64,000 nucleotides of DNA from a virus, in the IMG/VR virus record IMGVR_UViG_3300027849_000012, positions 5,262 to 69,261 of that record, one strand, 5' to 3'. The notes beneath the pieces are model-generated. The model was not told the origin of the DNA. It ran no database searches and saw only the letters and a program-made list of their open reading frames with translations. Below, one piece after another: positions 18,172 through 27,721 of this stretch (positions are counted from its first letter, which is position 1; each line of letters opens with the position of its first letter). A program made the position numbers and the translations under genes.

Positions 18172-18326
18172 TATACACCTCTTTCAGATATTGAAGCAGT
18201 ATTGCCGTTTTCTTCCATTCTGTCTTTAAATACTGTTGCGGCTTCTAGATCTGCAAAAATATAATCTGCAAGAAGCTCACCTTCGGGTGTTTGAGCAATT
18301 ACTCTATATGCGGTTGATTTTGTCAT
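18171..18326 (-). CDS. Hypothetical 51-aa protein
   Basis: MTKSTAYRVIAQTPEGELLADYIF...; GGAG SD. Confidence 0.55.
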   Translation of the reverse strand: MTKSTAYRVIAQTPEGELLADYIFADLEAATVFKDRMEENGNTASISERGV

Positions 18327-18765
18327 TTACAAACTCCAATATAATGTCACAGTTTTCTAAGAATTCCCGGCCGACACCAACAGCCGCAATATAATCAGTC
18401 TTTACATACACGTGGGTAATCCCACTCTGGTATATCAATTTAGCACAATTAATGCAAGGCATGTGAGTGCAGAATAGTGCAGCACCCTTTGAACTTTCCG
18501 AACTCATTGCTACTTTTGAAATAGCATTTGATTCGGCGTGAATGACTTCTGGTTTAGTTTTAAGTGAATCTTTAGTGGGTCGACCAGTAAATGGAACATG
18601 ATCTTCACACTCGTTAGTCCAACCACTAGGCATACCATTATAGCCGATAGAGATGATGCGATCATCTTTCACAATAATCGCACCAACTTGAGCTCTCTTG
18701 GCCGTACTTAAACGCGCAAATATGGACGCGGTGTCCATAAATGCATATTTAAACTTATCTTTCAT
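18304..18765 (-). CDS. cd: dCMP deaminase
   Basis: VGAIIV, GYNGMP, HAESNAI, PCINCAK. Confidence 0.93.
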   Translation of the reverse strand: MKDKFKYAFMDTASIFARLSTAKRAQVGAIIVKDDRIISIGYNGMPSGWTNECEDHVPFTGRPTKDSLKTKPEVIHAESNAISKVAMSSESSKGAALFCTHMPCINCAKLIYQSGITHVYVKTDYIAAVGVGREFLENCDIILEFVNDKINRI

Positions 18766-19020
18766 TTAGAGCGCTTCCATCAAAGCTTCAACATCCTCAA
18801 TCTCACCAAGAAGTTCTGCCATGTTTTGCTTATGGAATATTCGAGCCATCTTACCTAATACCTTCTTAGGTACATCAACTGCATCTGCTAGATCCATAAT
18901 AGCCTCTTTAACAAACTCTCGTTCGGATTCTTGTCGGCTGTACGAGTTACTAATTTCTTGCATTGCCCCTTTAATCTTAGCAATGTCTGCTGGACTGCTC
19001 GGGATAATAATATTGCTCAT
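18766..19020 (-). CDS. dsbA: DsbA-like dsDNA-binding protein
   Basis: 84 aa from MSNIII; pattern KMARIFHKQN..E.EDVEALME resembles T4 DsbA. Confidence 0.7.
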   Translation of the reverse strand: MSNIIIPSSPADIAKIKGAMQEISNSYSRQESEREFVKEAIMDLADAVDVPKKVLGKMARIFHKQNMAELLGEIEDVEALMEAL

Positions 19021-19241
19021 GCTGCATTCTCCATATATTTTGATGCGGGTTTTAGTTCTATGAATTTTCTTCTCGACTTTGAGAAGCCCTTCATAGGTTT
19101 GGTGAACTGGGTGTATTTCTTTGATACGGTTGAACGGAAACCAACGCAATGGCCTTGGTCGTTCAGGATATAGGTATGATTCAGCACTTTGTAGCCGACT
19201 TCATCCCATGATGTTATTTCTTTAAAAGCCTTTAATACCAT
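19017..19241 (-). CDS. Hypothetical protein
   Basis: KEITSW..NHTYIL..FSKSRRKF; SD AGGA; lies below a promoter. Confidence 0.7.
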   Translation of the reverse strand: MVLKAFKEITSWDEVGYKVLNHTYILNDQGHCVGFRSTVSKKYTQFTKPMKGFSKSRRKFIELKPASKYMENAA

Positions 19242-19272
19242 AATGTAGTTCCTAATCACTTAATAAGAGTAT

Positions 19273-19301
19273 ATTATATCACACTAAAACACTCTTGTCA
19301 A
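19273..19301 (-). promoter_or_regulatory. Consensus sigma70 promoter
   Basis: TTGACA-N17-TATAAT, extended TG. Confidence 0.8.
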
Positions 19302-19304
19302 CAC

Positions 19305-19481
19305 TTATTTACATCTTTTTAAAAATATATTACCCGATGGAGTACTAGTTAACTCAAATTTATCACCTAGTTGATACCCTTTGGGCATCTTCAACACCTG
19401 ATTCTTCTCCCATTCATTGTCCTCATCTACGAAATGGATACCTTCGTCTGTGATTTCAAATTTGTAATCAATGTATAACAC
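19305..19481 (-). CDS. Hypothetical 58-aa protein
   Basis: GTG start after AAGGA; MLYIDYKFEITDEGIHF... Confidence 0.6.
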   Translation of the reverse strand: MLYIDYKFEITDEGIHFVDEDNEWEKNQVLKMPKGYQLGDKFELTSTPSGNIFLKRCK

Positions 19482-19496
19482 CTTATGTTCCTTATT

Positions 19497-19573
19497 TGGT
19501 GCGCCCTTCAGGAATCGAACCTGAAACCTACGGCTTAGAAGGCCGTTGCTCTATCCGATTGAGCTAAGGGCGC
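19497..19573 (-). tRNA. tRNA-Arg (anticodon TCT)
   Basis: GCGCCCT acceptor stem, ACGGC-CTTCTAA-GCCGT anticodon arm, TTCGATT T-loop, encoded CCA. Confidence 0.96.
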
Positions 19574-19578
19574 GAATT

Positions 19579-20232
19579 TTAGTTAATTTCTACGGGGAAT
19601 ACTTTATATATAACTTCAGCACAAGCCTTGGCTATGTCCATATGCTCACGTTGAGTACCATTGGCCATACGTAAATCACAGTAGTGAATCCACGACCTAA
19701 GTGTACCATTCATGTATAATCTGCTTACGGTGTTACCTTCGGGCAAGACGGCCCTAGCTTGTTCTTTAGCAATACCATTTTCGATTGCCCAACTATAGGC
19801 ATCAGTAGCGGCATGAATTACTGCCTGCTGCCTCATATCCCATTGATCTTGGAGTTCAACATTTGCAGCATCAATACTGTTCTGTCTATTCTTAGGATCT
19901 TGCATTCGAGCCCCTCTTCGGACAAATGACAACTCTTTAGTAGGGTCGGCATATCGTTGAGAGAATTCTTGGAAACTAAAGCTTCGGTGACGTAGCATCT
20001 GACGTGCAATGTCCCTAGTGGTTTCTACTTCCATACAAACCGACACCATTTCAAGTGGTGACCAGTGTTTATGTTTCATTAGATATTTAACTAGTTTTTC
20101 CGAAGTTACTTCGTTTTGTTGATTGTCTGGGTTTGATACCCTAGCACAATATGCAACCATCTGGAGAAGGTCTTCGTTAAGATCACTGTCTGCAGGTGGT
20201 TGACTATATGATATAAGTCTCGCATTGAACAT
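19579..20232 (-). CDS. thyX: Flavin-dependent thymidylate synthase
   Basis: ARVS, HWSPLEM, RHRSFSFQEFSQRY, EQARAVLP. Confidence 0.95.
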   Translation of the reverse strand: MFNARLISYSQPPADSDLNEDLLQMVAYCARVSNPDNQQNEVTSEKLVKYLMKHKHWSPLEMVSVCMEVETTRDIARQMLRHRSFSFQEFSQRYADPTKELSFVRRGARMQDPKNRQNSIDAANVELQDQWDMRQQAVIHAATDAYSWAIENGIAKEQARAVLPEGNTVSRLYMNGTLRSWIHYCDLRMANGTQREHMDIAKACAEVIYKVFPVEIN

Positions 20233-20239
20233 ATTATAG

Positions 20240-20413
20240 TTAAGCCTCTTTTTGTACCAATGTGTAAATACCCCAAGCTAGTCCTGCCCAAGCAACTAAT
20301 TTAGCTATACCACCGAATAGAATTACCCCACCGCAAATTGCAATTAGTGTAGCTCCATCCCATGATGTTCTTTCGGGTAGTCTATCTTTTACCCAGTTAG
20401 TTATCATATCCAT
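20240..20413 (-). CDS. Small two-TM membrane protein (57 aa)
   Basis: MDMITNWVKDRLPERTSWDG + two hydrophobic segments; SD AGGAG. Confidence 0.7.
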   Translation of the reverse strand: MDMITNWVKDRLPERTSWDGATLIAICGGVILFGGIAKLVAWAGLAWGIYTLVQKEA

Positions 20414-20422
20414 ATTTATCTC

Positions 20423-21817
20423 CTATATTTTAAAGTCTGCAAACGTGTCTTTGGAATCATTATTACCCCACGTTGCAATTGGTTTATCGGGTATACTCGA
20501 ATCTGACATAATGTCGGACTGAGCTGATTCTTCTACATCATATAATTTCATGCGGGAACGGTCAATGCCTACTACAAATCTCTTATAGTAACTAACGTCA
20601 TTGTACCGATTTTTCAATTGTTTCACCATGATCTGGCCTAATTCTTCCAGTTCCTCTGTAGATATAAGAGCAAACATAAGGTCAGCCGTTGCAGGTAATC
20701 CAAATGATTCCGATGTGTCTTCTAACCCTACATCAGTATTACCAAATCCACTTCTTGTGGTCTGAGTAGCACTCATAATAGGAACATCGAACTCTACAGC
20801 AAGGCCTCGTAATTCTTCTGCAATAGCCTTAATGTAGGTATAACTATTTATACTTCCACCCATCCCTTTCATACGACTTGATGAACAGATGTTTAGGTAG
20901 TCAATATAAATCATATCAGGCATAAAGTTCTTTTTAAGCTTCAATTCATTAAGCAATGCTCTAAAGTGACCAGCATGAGCAGACCCTGTGGGATACTCTT
21001 TAATGATCAACTTACCTATGGAAGCACCAGCAATCTTTTGAATCTTAGTATCGAATACGTTTTTAGGCATCGTATCTAAGTTCTGAATGGGTACGTCCAT
21101 TAAGTTAGCATCTATTCTTTCTGCGACCTTTTCTTCGGACATTTCCAGCGTGATATATAATACATTTTTACCCTGTTCTAGTACATGGGATGCACAATGA
21201 GTCATAAATAGTGACTTACCCACACCCGTACCTGCTAAGGCAATATTCAAGGTTTTATTGGGTAAGCCACCCTTAGTGATCTTATTGAAGTATTCCAAAT
21301 CAAATGGTATCTTGTCTTCGACTCGATTATAGAATTCAAATCTGTCGTCAGCATTGTCAATGTAATCGTGGCCGATGGCCTGATCAAATGAGACACCAAG
21401 AGCCTTTGATAAAATTTCAGGTATAGCACCATCACTTCTTTCAGTATCTTTGCCGTCAATAATTTGAATCGAATCCATTATAGCATTATATACCGCCTTA
21501 TCCTTACACCACTTCTCCGACTCAGTAATAAGGTATTCTGTATCAATATCAGATTTAACTTTGATCTCACCTATCAACTTAGCAGCGTTGTTTAAAACAT
21601 CATCTGGCGCGTCAATCTTTCTAAGCTCTAGGTCAAGGACTTTACTGGTTGGTAATTTGTTATGTTTAGCAACAAACTTAACTATCAAATCAAAGACAGT
21701 TTTATGTGTGCCATCAAAGTATTCCTTCTGCAGATATGGTACTACACGTCTGCAATAATCCTCATTATTTAATAAGTGATTAAGAATGTGTGTCGGTAGT
21801 TGATTCGCTATTTCCAC
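20423..21817 (-). CDS. gp41: Replicative DNA helicase gp41
   Basis: AGTGVGKS, IKEYPTG, IDYLNIC, SATQTTR, QLKNRY. Confidence 0.95.
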   Translation of the reverse strand: MEIANQLPTHILNHLLNNEDYCRRVVPYLQKEYFDGTHKTVFDLIVKFVAKHNKLPTSKVLDLELRKIDAPDDVLNNAAKLIGEIKVKSDIDTEYLITESEKWCKDKAVYNAIMDSIQIIDGKDTERSDGAIPEILSKALGVSFDQAIGHDYIDNADDRFEFYNRVEDKIPFDLEYFNKITKGGLPNKTLNIALAGTGVGKSLFMTHCASHVLEQGKNVLYITLEMSEEKVAERIDANLMDVPIQNLDTMPKNVFDTKIQKIAGASIGKLIIKEYPTGSAHAGHFRALLNELKLKKNFMPDMIYIDYLNICSSSRMKGMGGSINSYTYIKAIAEELRGLAVEFDVPIMSATQTTRSGFGNTDVGLEDTSESFGLPATADLMFALISTEELEELGQIMVKQLKNRYNDVSYYKRFVVGIDRSRMKLYDVEESAQSDIMSDSSIPDKPIATWGNNDSKDTFADFKI

Positions 21818-22103
21818 TTTTTTCCTCTACGTGTGTATTAATAATAACACTAAGTAAATCACCTAGATAGTTTTTAAACTCTTCGCTTTTTTCTAATTCA
21901 TCAGCATTAAATGTCCCGGGCTCTTGCACGTTATATGAAAAAGAGAGAGTGGCGAAATCCGCGTCCTCACTCTCCTTAATTGATACCGTGCCATATACAA
22001 CTACTACCCCAGCATAGGGTGAACTACCTTTAAGCTTGATGCCATAGAATTCAGAAGAATCATTCTCAACGAAACTATAATCATACTCAGAGATACCTGT
22101 CAT
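21780..22103 (-). CDS. Hypothetical protein (gp40 position)
   Basis: 107-aa ORF coupled between uvsX and gp41. Confidence 0.65.
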   Translation of the reverse strand: MTGISEYDYSFVENDSSEFYGIKLKGSSPYAGVVVVYGTVSIKESEDADFATLSFSYNVQEPGTFNADELEKSEEFKNYLGDLLSVIINTHVEEKSGNSESTTDTHS

Positions 22104-23146
22104 TAGATCTGCTCCGGATCAAAGTCAATAAGTGATTTATGTCCAATCTGATACTGGTTGATCAGAAATTCTCTGAACTTAGCAGTATTAACAATAGGTT
22201 TCCAGAACTCGTCCGTTCTAGTTTGCTTCTCTCTTACCTTTGGTTCCACCACTTCACCAGTCTCTTGGTCAACAACATTGTACCAACCATTACTAGGTTT
22301 AATGACAAACCCACCAGCAATAGCAATCTCAAGAAGACCACTGTTACGTTCAACACCACCGTCCCAAGATACAGATACTGGGATCTTAGATTTCTCTTTA
22401 ACCATTCGAGACTTCTCAACATTGATAATAAAATCATATCCCGTAACCTCCATGCCAGTCTTGTTCTGTCTACGACCAATAATCCAGATGTTATCGGCTG
22501 AGTAGTAAATACCCGTGCCACCTGAAACAACTGCTTTAGGGAACAGGCCCATTTCTTGATACGTATGGTTGATTGCCAATAGAGAGACATCTTTCATTGT
22601 CAGGTATGGGGTAACCATACGGAATAGTCCCTTAATAGCCTTAGCTCTGGACATATCAGCAACTGATTTTTCATTCAAGGCGTCTTCTAGTTCTTTCTTA
22701 GAAGCAAGGTTACCGATCGAATCAATGACAATAATCACTTTATCTTTACGATCAATGTTATCTAATTGGCCTACCAGATCAAACTTTAGTTGTTCCACAT
22801 CCGTAATAGGTGTGTGAAGAACACGTGTGGTATCAATGCCAAAGGCTTCAAAGTATGATTGTGGTGATCCGAACTCGGAATCATAAAATAGCATTACAGC
22901 ATCTTTATGTTCTTTGAGATAAGCACTTGCCATTAATAAGGCAAATGATGTCTTAAAGTGTTTAGATGGCCCAGCCAATACAGTAAGACCAGATGTGAGT
23001 CCACCTTCGGGATCGCCCGATAGTGCAACATTAATCATAGGTACTTCAGTTTTAACTGAGGTTTTCTCGCCGAAGAAAATACTATCAGACAGTATATCTG
23101 TAGTTTTAATCTTAGAGTTCTTTTTTAGTTTATCCATTATAGACAT
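22103..23146 (-). CDS. uvsX: RecA-like recombinase UvsX
   Basis: AGPSKHFKT, FYDSEFG, IDSIGNLASKKE, SGGTG. Confidence 0.95.
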   Translation of the reverse strand: MSIMDKLKKNSKIKTTDILSDSIFFGEKTSVKTEVPMINVALSGDPEGGLTSGLTVLAGPSKHFKTSFALLMASAYLKEHKDAVMLFYDSEFGSPQSYFEAFGIDTTRVLHTPITDVEQLKFDLVGQLDNIDRKDKVIIVIDSIGNLASKKELEDALNEKSVADMSRAKAIKGLFRMVTPYLTMKDVSLLAINHTYQEMGLFPKAVVSGGTGIYYSADNIWIIGRRQNKTGMEVTGYDFIINVEKSRMVKEKSKIPVSVSWDGGVERNSGLLEIAIAGGFVIKPSNGWYNVVDQETGEVVEPKVREKQTRTDEFWKPIVNTAKFREFLINQYQIGHKSLIDFDPEQI

Positions 23147-23403
23147 TAATATTTTCTCCTAGGTTGAAAGTTTCCCGACATGCGTTCCTCTTTCTTGGTT
23201 CTAGCTTTGGCCTCTGCCTTCTTGCGTTTCTTCTTCCATGTAGGCTTTTCGTAATATTCCTTCCTACGAACATCTTGCAGAGTACCTGCTCGGTCAACAG
23301 CCTTCTTAAATTTGCGTAATGCAACTTCAAAGGGCATTTCTTTTTGTGGTCGCTTATCCTTGGGGTTCGTGTTTACCCTAGGCGTTAAATTGATGCTTGG
23401 CAT
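23146..23403 (-). CDS. rpsU: Ribosomal protein bS21
   Basis: FEVALRKFKK...DVRRKEYYEKPT..KRKKAEA. Confidence 0.9.
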   Translation of the reverse strand: MPSINLTPRVNTNPKDKRPQKEMPFEVALRKFKKAVDRAGTLQDVRRKEYYEKPTWKKKRKKAEAKARTKKEERMSGNFQPRRKY

Positions 23404-23431
23404 ATCTCTCCTCTTTTTTATGTATGTGTAT

Positions 23432-23460
23432 ATTATAACAGGCTTTAATCAGTTTGTAAA
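23432..23460 (-). promoter_or_regulatory. Early/middle promoter for bS21-uvsX
   Basis: TTTACA-N17-TATAAT, extended TG. Confidence 0.7.
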
Positions 23461-23873
23461 GTGTTTTCTACAACTCTTTTTCGTAAATCGGAAGAGGAGA
23501 ACCTATGATCTCTTTTATTAAAGTAGAAATCAATATCTCGTTGTTTACACAAATCTCTCCCAGTGAAGTCTTTATCTCTATACTCTTCACCCATAATCTT
23601 GACATCTATCTGATACATGCCTAGAATATCCATCAACTCCTCTTCGGTATTATACACTAGGATCTCGTCCACATATCTAATAGCCGATAGTTGAGCTTGT
23701 CTTTCGACAATGTTTTGAATTGGTTGGTTTTTGTTTGGCCGGTCGACCGACGGGTCATTCTGTAGAGCACAGATTAAGTAATCGCAGACAGTCTTTGCCT
23801 CTCTCAACATCATGACGTGGCCCGAGTGTAACAAGTCAAAGGTGGAGCACGTTATTCCTACTCGTTTCTGCAT
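23445..23873 (-). CDS. tagD: TagD-like (glycerol-3-phosphate) cytidylyltransferase
   Basis: TFDLLHSGH, ER..QL, YVDEI, FSSSDLR. Confidence 0.8.
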   Translation of the reverse strand: MQKRVGITCSTFDLLHSGHVMMLREAKTVCDYLICALQNDPSVDRPNKNQPIQNIVERQAQLSAIRYVDEILVYNTEEELMDILGMYQIDVKIMGEEYRDKDFTGRDLCKQRDIDFYFNKRDHRFSSSDLRKRVVENTLQTD

Positions 23874-24559
23874 TAACTCACCCATAATTCAATAGCATCA
23901 TCAATTGATAAACCATTGATGTGCAAGTATTCGCCGTTAGTTTCACTTTCAACCAGGGGGTTATCTTGCAACCATTGTTCTTTAAGGGTCTCGCGTTCGG
24001 GTCCAGCAGGCTTATTGAACTTAACTTTCACTGTTGGGATATATCCAGCAATAGTTGGTACAATAGTTAAATGATACTCTGTACTGTTACCGGACTTTGA
24101 ATGGTATGTGAATTGCTGGCCAGTACTTTGTGAACTCTTGACATGATCTCGGATATACGTGCCGTACAGACTGTAAAATTTTTGTTGTTCATCGGGGATA
24201 TTAATCTGTTGTTTTTGCCATTCAGCGTATAAATCTAATGCGCGCATTTTACACCATGTGTGTGAATACATGCCTGCAATTTTATTAAGTTTTGGGTCAA
24301 ATAGGGTAATCAACAGGGACTCACATGCAGCTTGAACTGCTGCAGTAGCTTCCCTTTCCACAGTAAATTTTTCCGTGTTACGACATATGATCACTAGGTC
24401 GTTTATGTTAACGTCTTTATTTATAAGATGGTCTACACAACGATCCTTTTGCCCTCTACCTATATATTTTGGCGCTATTGACATGTCAAATATGCCATCG
24501 GGCCAATAGCCGTATTGATACTGCCCTAATGATTCCCAAAACTTTGCAGGAATTTTCAT
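23873..24559 (-). CDS. Hypothetical protein with a degenerate GIY-YIG (LEM-3-like) N-terminus
   Basis: QYQYGY...KYIGRGQKDRCVDH...ESLLI...LN. Confidence 0.55.
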   Translation of the reverse strand: MKIPAKFWESLGQYQYGYWPDGIFDMSIAPKYIGRGQKDRCVDHLINKDVNINDLVIICRNTEKFTVEREATAAVQAACESLLITLFDPKLNKIAGMYSHTWCKMRALDLYAEWQKQQINIPDEQQKFYSLYGTYIRDHVKSSQSTGQQFTYHSKSGNSTEYHLTIVPTIAGYIPTVKVKFNKPAGPERETLKEQWLQDNPLVESETNGEYLHINGLSIDDAIELWVS

Positions 24560-24591
24560 ATCACTTTCTCCATAATTTATTTTATATGTAT

Positions 24592-24620
24592 ATTATATCA
24601 CACTTAGCATCAAAAGTAAA
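24592..24620 (-). promoter_or_regulatory. Early/middle promoter
   Basis: TTTACT-N17-TATAAT, extended TG. Confidence 0.75.
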
Positions 24621-24624
24621 GTGT

Positions 24625-24888
24625 TTATGACAATAAAACTCCTTTAATTTCAGCGATATCCACTATTGCGGCGCCTTTGCCTTCATAGTCCACTGGCAAT
24701 CCTTTGGCCCAATTGATGTAAACTTTGTCGCCAACTGATACAGTAGTGACGTCACCTCCTACAGCTAATACAACTCCAGGTTTGGTACCCTTAGTAGTAT
24801 CACCAGTGAGAATGATCCCACCTGTTGTCACTGAGTCAGTTTTCGTATCGGCAACCAATACGTTGTTTCCTATCATTTTAATATTCAT
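24625..24888 (-). CDS. groES: GroES-like co-chaperonin
   Basis: TTGGIIL mobile loop, GVVLAVG, VGDKV. Confidence 0.85.
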   Translation of the reverse strand: MNIKMIGNNVLVADTKTDSVTTGGIILTGDTTKGTKPGVVLAVGGDVTTVSVGDKVYINWAKGLPVDYEGKGAAIVDIAEIKGVLLS

Positions 24889-24895
24889 AATTTTC

Positions 24896-25135
24896 CTAGT
24901 ATGATGATGTAAATTTAAATTCGGGGCCGTCGGTAATGAATTCTAATCCACTCATTGATCCGACGTATTCTCCAAACTTAGTATACGTTAGTTTTAATTT
25001 TACCTTACCTTCAATTAAGACTGTAAGGTATTCCTTCTGTTTAAAGTAATCAACATCTGCTGTCACTACTCTCCCATTGTCTGTGCATTTTAATTGGCAT
25101 TCGGTTTCATAATGATGTGTAACTACTTTCTGCAT
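24896..25135 (-). CDS. Hypothetical protein
   Basis: 79-aa ORF with CTDNG and YVGSMSGLEF, in operon. Confidence 0.7.
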   Translation of the reverse strand: MQKVVTHHYETECQLKCTDNGRVVTADVDYFKQKEYLTVLIEGKVKLKLTYTKFGEYVGSMSGLEFITDGPEFKFTSSY

Positions 25136-25144
25136 GACATGATC

Positions 25145-25657
25145 CTATTTATAAAAAATGTGTTGGTCGATTGTGACTGTTCTATTCAAACTGTCTGCCC
25201 AATATGGGTGAACATTATCTGCGTGATAATGCGTTGCGCCTTCAGTAATATCTTGGTTTCTATAATACATTAAATTAGCTGCAATCTTTAACGATGAATT
25301 CCATGTAGCACTGTCCTCGGGTACATCAGACTTGCCGTCACAAAACCAACTGAATTGGCACATATTTCTTACAGGAACTGAGGTTCCTTTCCAGTTAGTA
25401 AACCATCTAGCTTGATAGACTACACCACAAATATCGTTTGGATATTCATCACTCATGACTCTGTTTAAAACAACATGAGATACTGCAAGTTTACCAGCGA
25501 GTGGTTGATTACCCGCTTCAAAATAGATGTTCTTAGCTAGGCAAAATACATCACCATTCTCATCAAATGCTTCAGCATGGTTTGCTATTAGTGCAAGAAT
25601 CAAACCAGTAGCTACCATTGCAATTGCGTGTTTAACATAAAAGTAATCTTTTTTCAT
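25145..25657 (-). CDS. SleB-like cell wall hydrolase (Hydrolase_2)
   Basis: CLAKNIYFEAG, VVLNRV, CQFSWFCDG, GATHYHA, HIFY; N-terminal signal/anchor. Confidence 0.9.
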   Translation of the reverse strand: MKKDYFYVKHAIAMVATGLILALIANHAEAFDENGDVFCLAKNIYFEAGNQPLAGKLAVSHVVLNRVMSDEYPNDICGVVYQARWFTNWKGTSVPVRNMCQFSWFCDGKSDVPEDSATWNSSLKIAANLMYYRNQDITEGATHYHADNVHPYWADSLNRTVTIDQHIFYK

Positions 25658-25833
25658 AGTCCTATTAACCCCCACCCGTGATTAGCTATAGCATTAAGAA
25701 TGATAAACCAACATGTTGCCATGTGACATATCCACCAGAAGGTACGAATACCAGCAACAGTATTTGCTTGGGTGTCAGACTCCCCAACCTTTTCGCCTAG
25801 GGATTTCGCCCAGATTCTCCACCACTTATGCAT
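25654..25833 (-). CDS. Small membrane protein
   Basis: WRIWAKSLGEKVG..A.IRT followed by a TM segment; start uncertain. Confidence 0.6.
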   Translation of the reverse strand: MHKWWRIWAKSLGEKVGESDTQANTVAGIRTFWWICHMATCWFIILNAIANHGWGLIGL

Positions 25834-26056
25834 CCCATTTACCATCGCTACGTTGTTCTTTCTGTTCACCCCATATCCCAGGAGCCTGAATTGCTGCCTC
25901 TCCCATATGATACTCACCAGGATAATGCTTCAAACATCTATATGCTTCTTTCCTTACAGCACTTGGTATCCGTGGGGTCTTCTTGGGATCCATCAAATCA
26001 CTGAGAAATATTCTAGTATTCTCTATAGCCCATCTTCTTTCATTCGGCATTGTCAT
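25826..26056 (-). CDS. Conserved hypothetical protein (BPSL0761-like)
   Basis: MTMPNERRWAI...TPRIP..VRKEA..CLKHYP. Confidence 0.7.
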   Translation of the reverse strand: MTMPNERRWAIENTRIFLSDLMDPKKTPRIPSAVRKEAYRCLKHYPGEYHMGEAAIQAPGIWGEQKEQRSDGKWDA

Positions 26057-26072
26057 CGTCCTATTAACTCCA

Positions 26073-26243
26073 TTATTGTACCGCCTCTTCAAGTTCAGCT
26101 ACATACTTTTTCAAGTCTAAAATTTCAATCTCTAAGAAGTTAATGTACTCTTCAACAACTGCGCGTTCACACAAGGTTTCACAACAAATTTCTATCTGTT
26201 GTTTAGCTCTAGTTTCTAAGGAGACAGAGGTTCTTCTAACCAT
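26073..26243 (-). CDS. Hypothetical 56-aa protein
   Basis: MVRRTSVSLETRAKQQIEICCETLCE...; TAATG coupling with dexA. Confidence 0.6.
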   Translation of the reverse strand: MVRRTSVSLETRAKQQIEICCETLCERAVVEEYINFLEIEILDLKKYVAELEEAVQ

Positions 26244-26833
26244 TAAATCATCTCCTGTACTAGATATTGCATTCGCATTACATCCATAGCAACGTCATGT
26301 TTAGCATCGTGTGCAACAAACTTATCTTCTAAGCCGGGAACCATAAAGGAGTTCCTAATGGATTTATTTAGTAGAGTCATACCTTCGATAGTTGATCTAG
26401 TGTCTCGAACGTTATAGAATGGGTAAGGGTCTTTCTTACCGACTTCACCTAGCAATGATTCCAAAAACATAGGATCAAAGGTGTTACCCCGAGTATAAAT
26501 CCGCTTGATTTCAGCTGGGTTACCGGCGGCTGTAAGCCATGCATGTAAATTCGCAATGGGCATATCATCTGCTGCAGGCTTAAGTTGTTTCTGTGCTTCT
26601 TCTGATTGCTCACTCCACCAATTTAAAGTGTCTTGGTCTATCTTACGGCCGTAGGTTCGTACTTGGTCTGCAACATCAAACTTAACTGTAACAGCATTTT
26701 CAAGGAGTTCTTCATAAGTGTAACCAGGTTCTCCGAAGAAACTGGAGTCAAATGCTAGTGCAGCAAGTGAAATAACTACGGATTCTCTAGCATTAGTGCC
26801 TAGGGTTTCAAAATCATAAATCAAACTTTTCAT
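26243..26833 (-). CDS. dexA: DexA-like 3'-5' exonuclease (DEDDh)
   Basis: IYDFETLG, TLNWWSEQ, RGNTFD, VRDTRS, HDAKHDVAMD. Confidence 0.88.
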   Translation of the reverse strand: MKSLIYDFETLGTNARESVVISLAALAFDSSFFGEPGYTYEELLENAVTVKFDVADQVRTYGRKIDQDTLNWWSEQSEEAQKQLKPAADDMPIANLHAWLTAAGNPAEIKRIYTRGNTFDPMFLESLLGEVGKKDPYPFYNVRDTRSTIEGMTLLNKSIRNSFMVPGLEDKFVAHDAKHDVAMDVMRMQYLVQEMI

Positions 26834-27671
26834 TAATATAGTCCTGTAAATTGTGTTGTGCGATCCAACCAAGTGCCTTAACTTGATCGGTTTTAAGTTC
26901 TCCGTCCATTCTGTTACCAGCAACGGATTCTGTTATAATAGGTTCTGCTCCTAAGTAACCTACTAGGTCTAATATAGAATGTTTTTCATCGCATCCGATG
27001 CCGTAACCGTCACCTGCTCCGTAAAATCCGGATAATATAAGACCCGAAACAATATCATCAACATGAGTAAAATTCCTTAATTGAGTTCCTGGTGATGTTA
27101 CTGGTAACTGCGTTGCGCCATTCTTTACCATACCAATGAACTTAGCAATAACCGTTGAATAGTTGCCCGTGCCAATTTCATGGTCACCATAAGCATTATA
27201 AAAGTACACGATTGTGTAGTGTAAACCATACCACTCGGAATACCTTTTTAGAAACTCTGTGTTCTGAGCTTTAGTGTATGCATACGGACTCATGGACTTA
27301 CCATCTTCGCCGACAGAGAATTTAGTGGATGAACCTGCATAGACTAACTTTGCTCCGGATTTCTTAGCAAATTTAACCACTTTAGGGAATGACATATAGT
27401 TATATTCCATAACAGTATCAAAATCGTTGAACGATTGTTCAACCCTGGCATACTCTCCTAGATGGAAGATGAAATCGAATTTAACATCTTCGTGGAAATA
27501 GACATCAATTAGCTGAGTTGAACCAGTAATGTAGCTTATTCCTGAGTGATGGTTATCTGAACTGCCAGCATGATAGTTATCTAAGCAGGTGACATCATGA
27601 CCGGCTGAACGTAATTCTTTGCATAAAGCAGAACCGATAAATCCGGCACCACCTGTAACTAATATGTCCAT
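26814..27671 (-). CDS. NAD-dependent nucleotide-sugar epimerase/dehydratase
   Basis: VTGGAGFIG, YAGSS, YAYTK, YFYNAYG, RNFTHVDD. Confidence 0.9.
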   Translation of the reverse strand: MDILVTGGAGFIGSALCKELRSAGHDVTCLDNYHAGSSDNHHSGISYITGSTQLIDVYFHEDVKFDFIFHLGEYARVEQSFNDFDTVMEYNYMSFPKVVKFAKKSGAKLVYAGSSTKFSVGEDGKSMSPYAYTKAQNTEFLKRYSEWYGLHYTIVYFYNAYGDHEIGTGNYSTVIAKFIGMVKNGATQLPVTSPGTQLRNFTHVDDIVSGLILSGFYGAGDGYGIGCDEKHSILDLVGYLGAEPIITESVAGNRMDGELKTDQVKALGWIAQHNLQDYINEKFDL

Positions 27672-27692
27672 ACTTTCTCCTTAATAGTGTAT

Positions 27693-27721
27693 ATTATATC
27701 ACACCCAAAACCATTTGTCAA
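27693..27721 (-). promoter_or_regulatory. Consensus sigma70 promoter
   Basis: TTGACA-N17-TATAAT, extended TG. Confidence 0.8.

Noticed and set aside
25655-26072. GTTAATAGGAC(T/G)ATG repeated before two neighbouring starts
   Set aside because: Only about 14 nt and coincides with SD + start codon; explained as similar translation-initiation regions.
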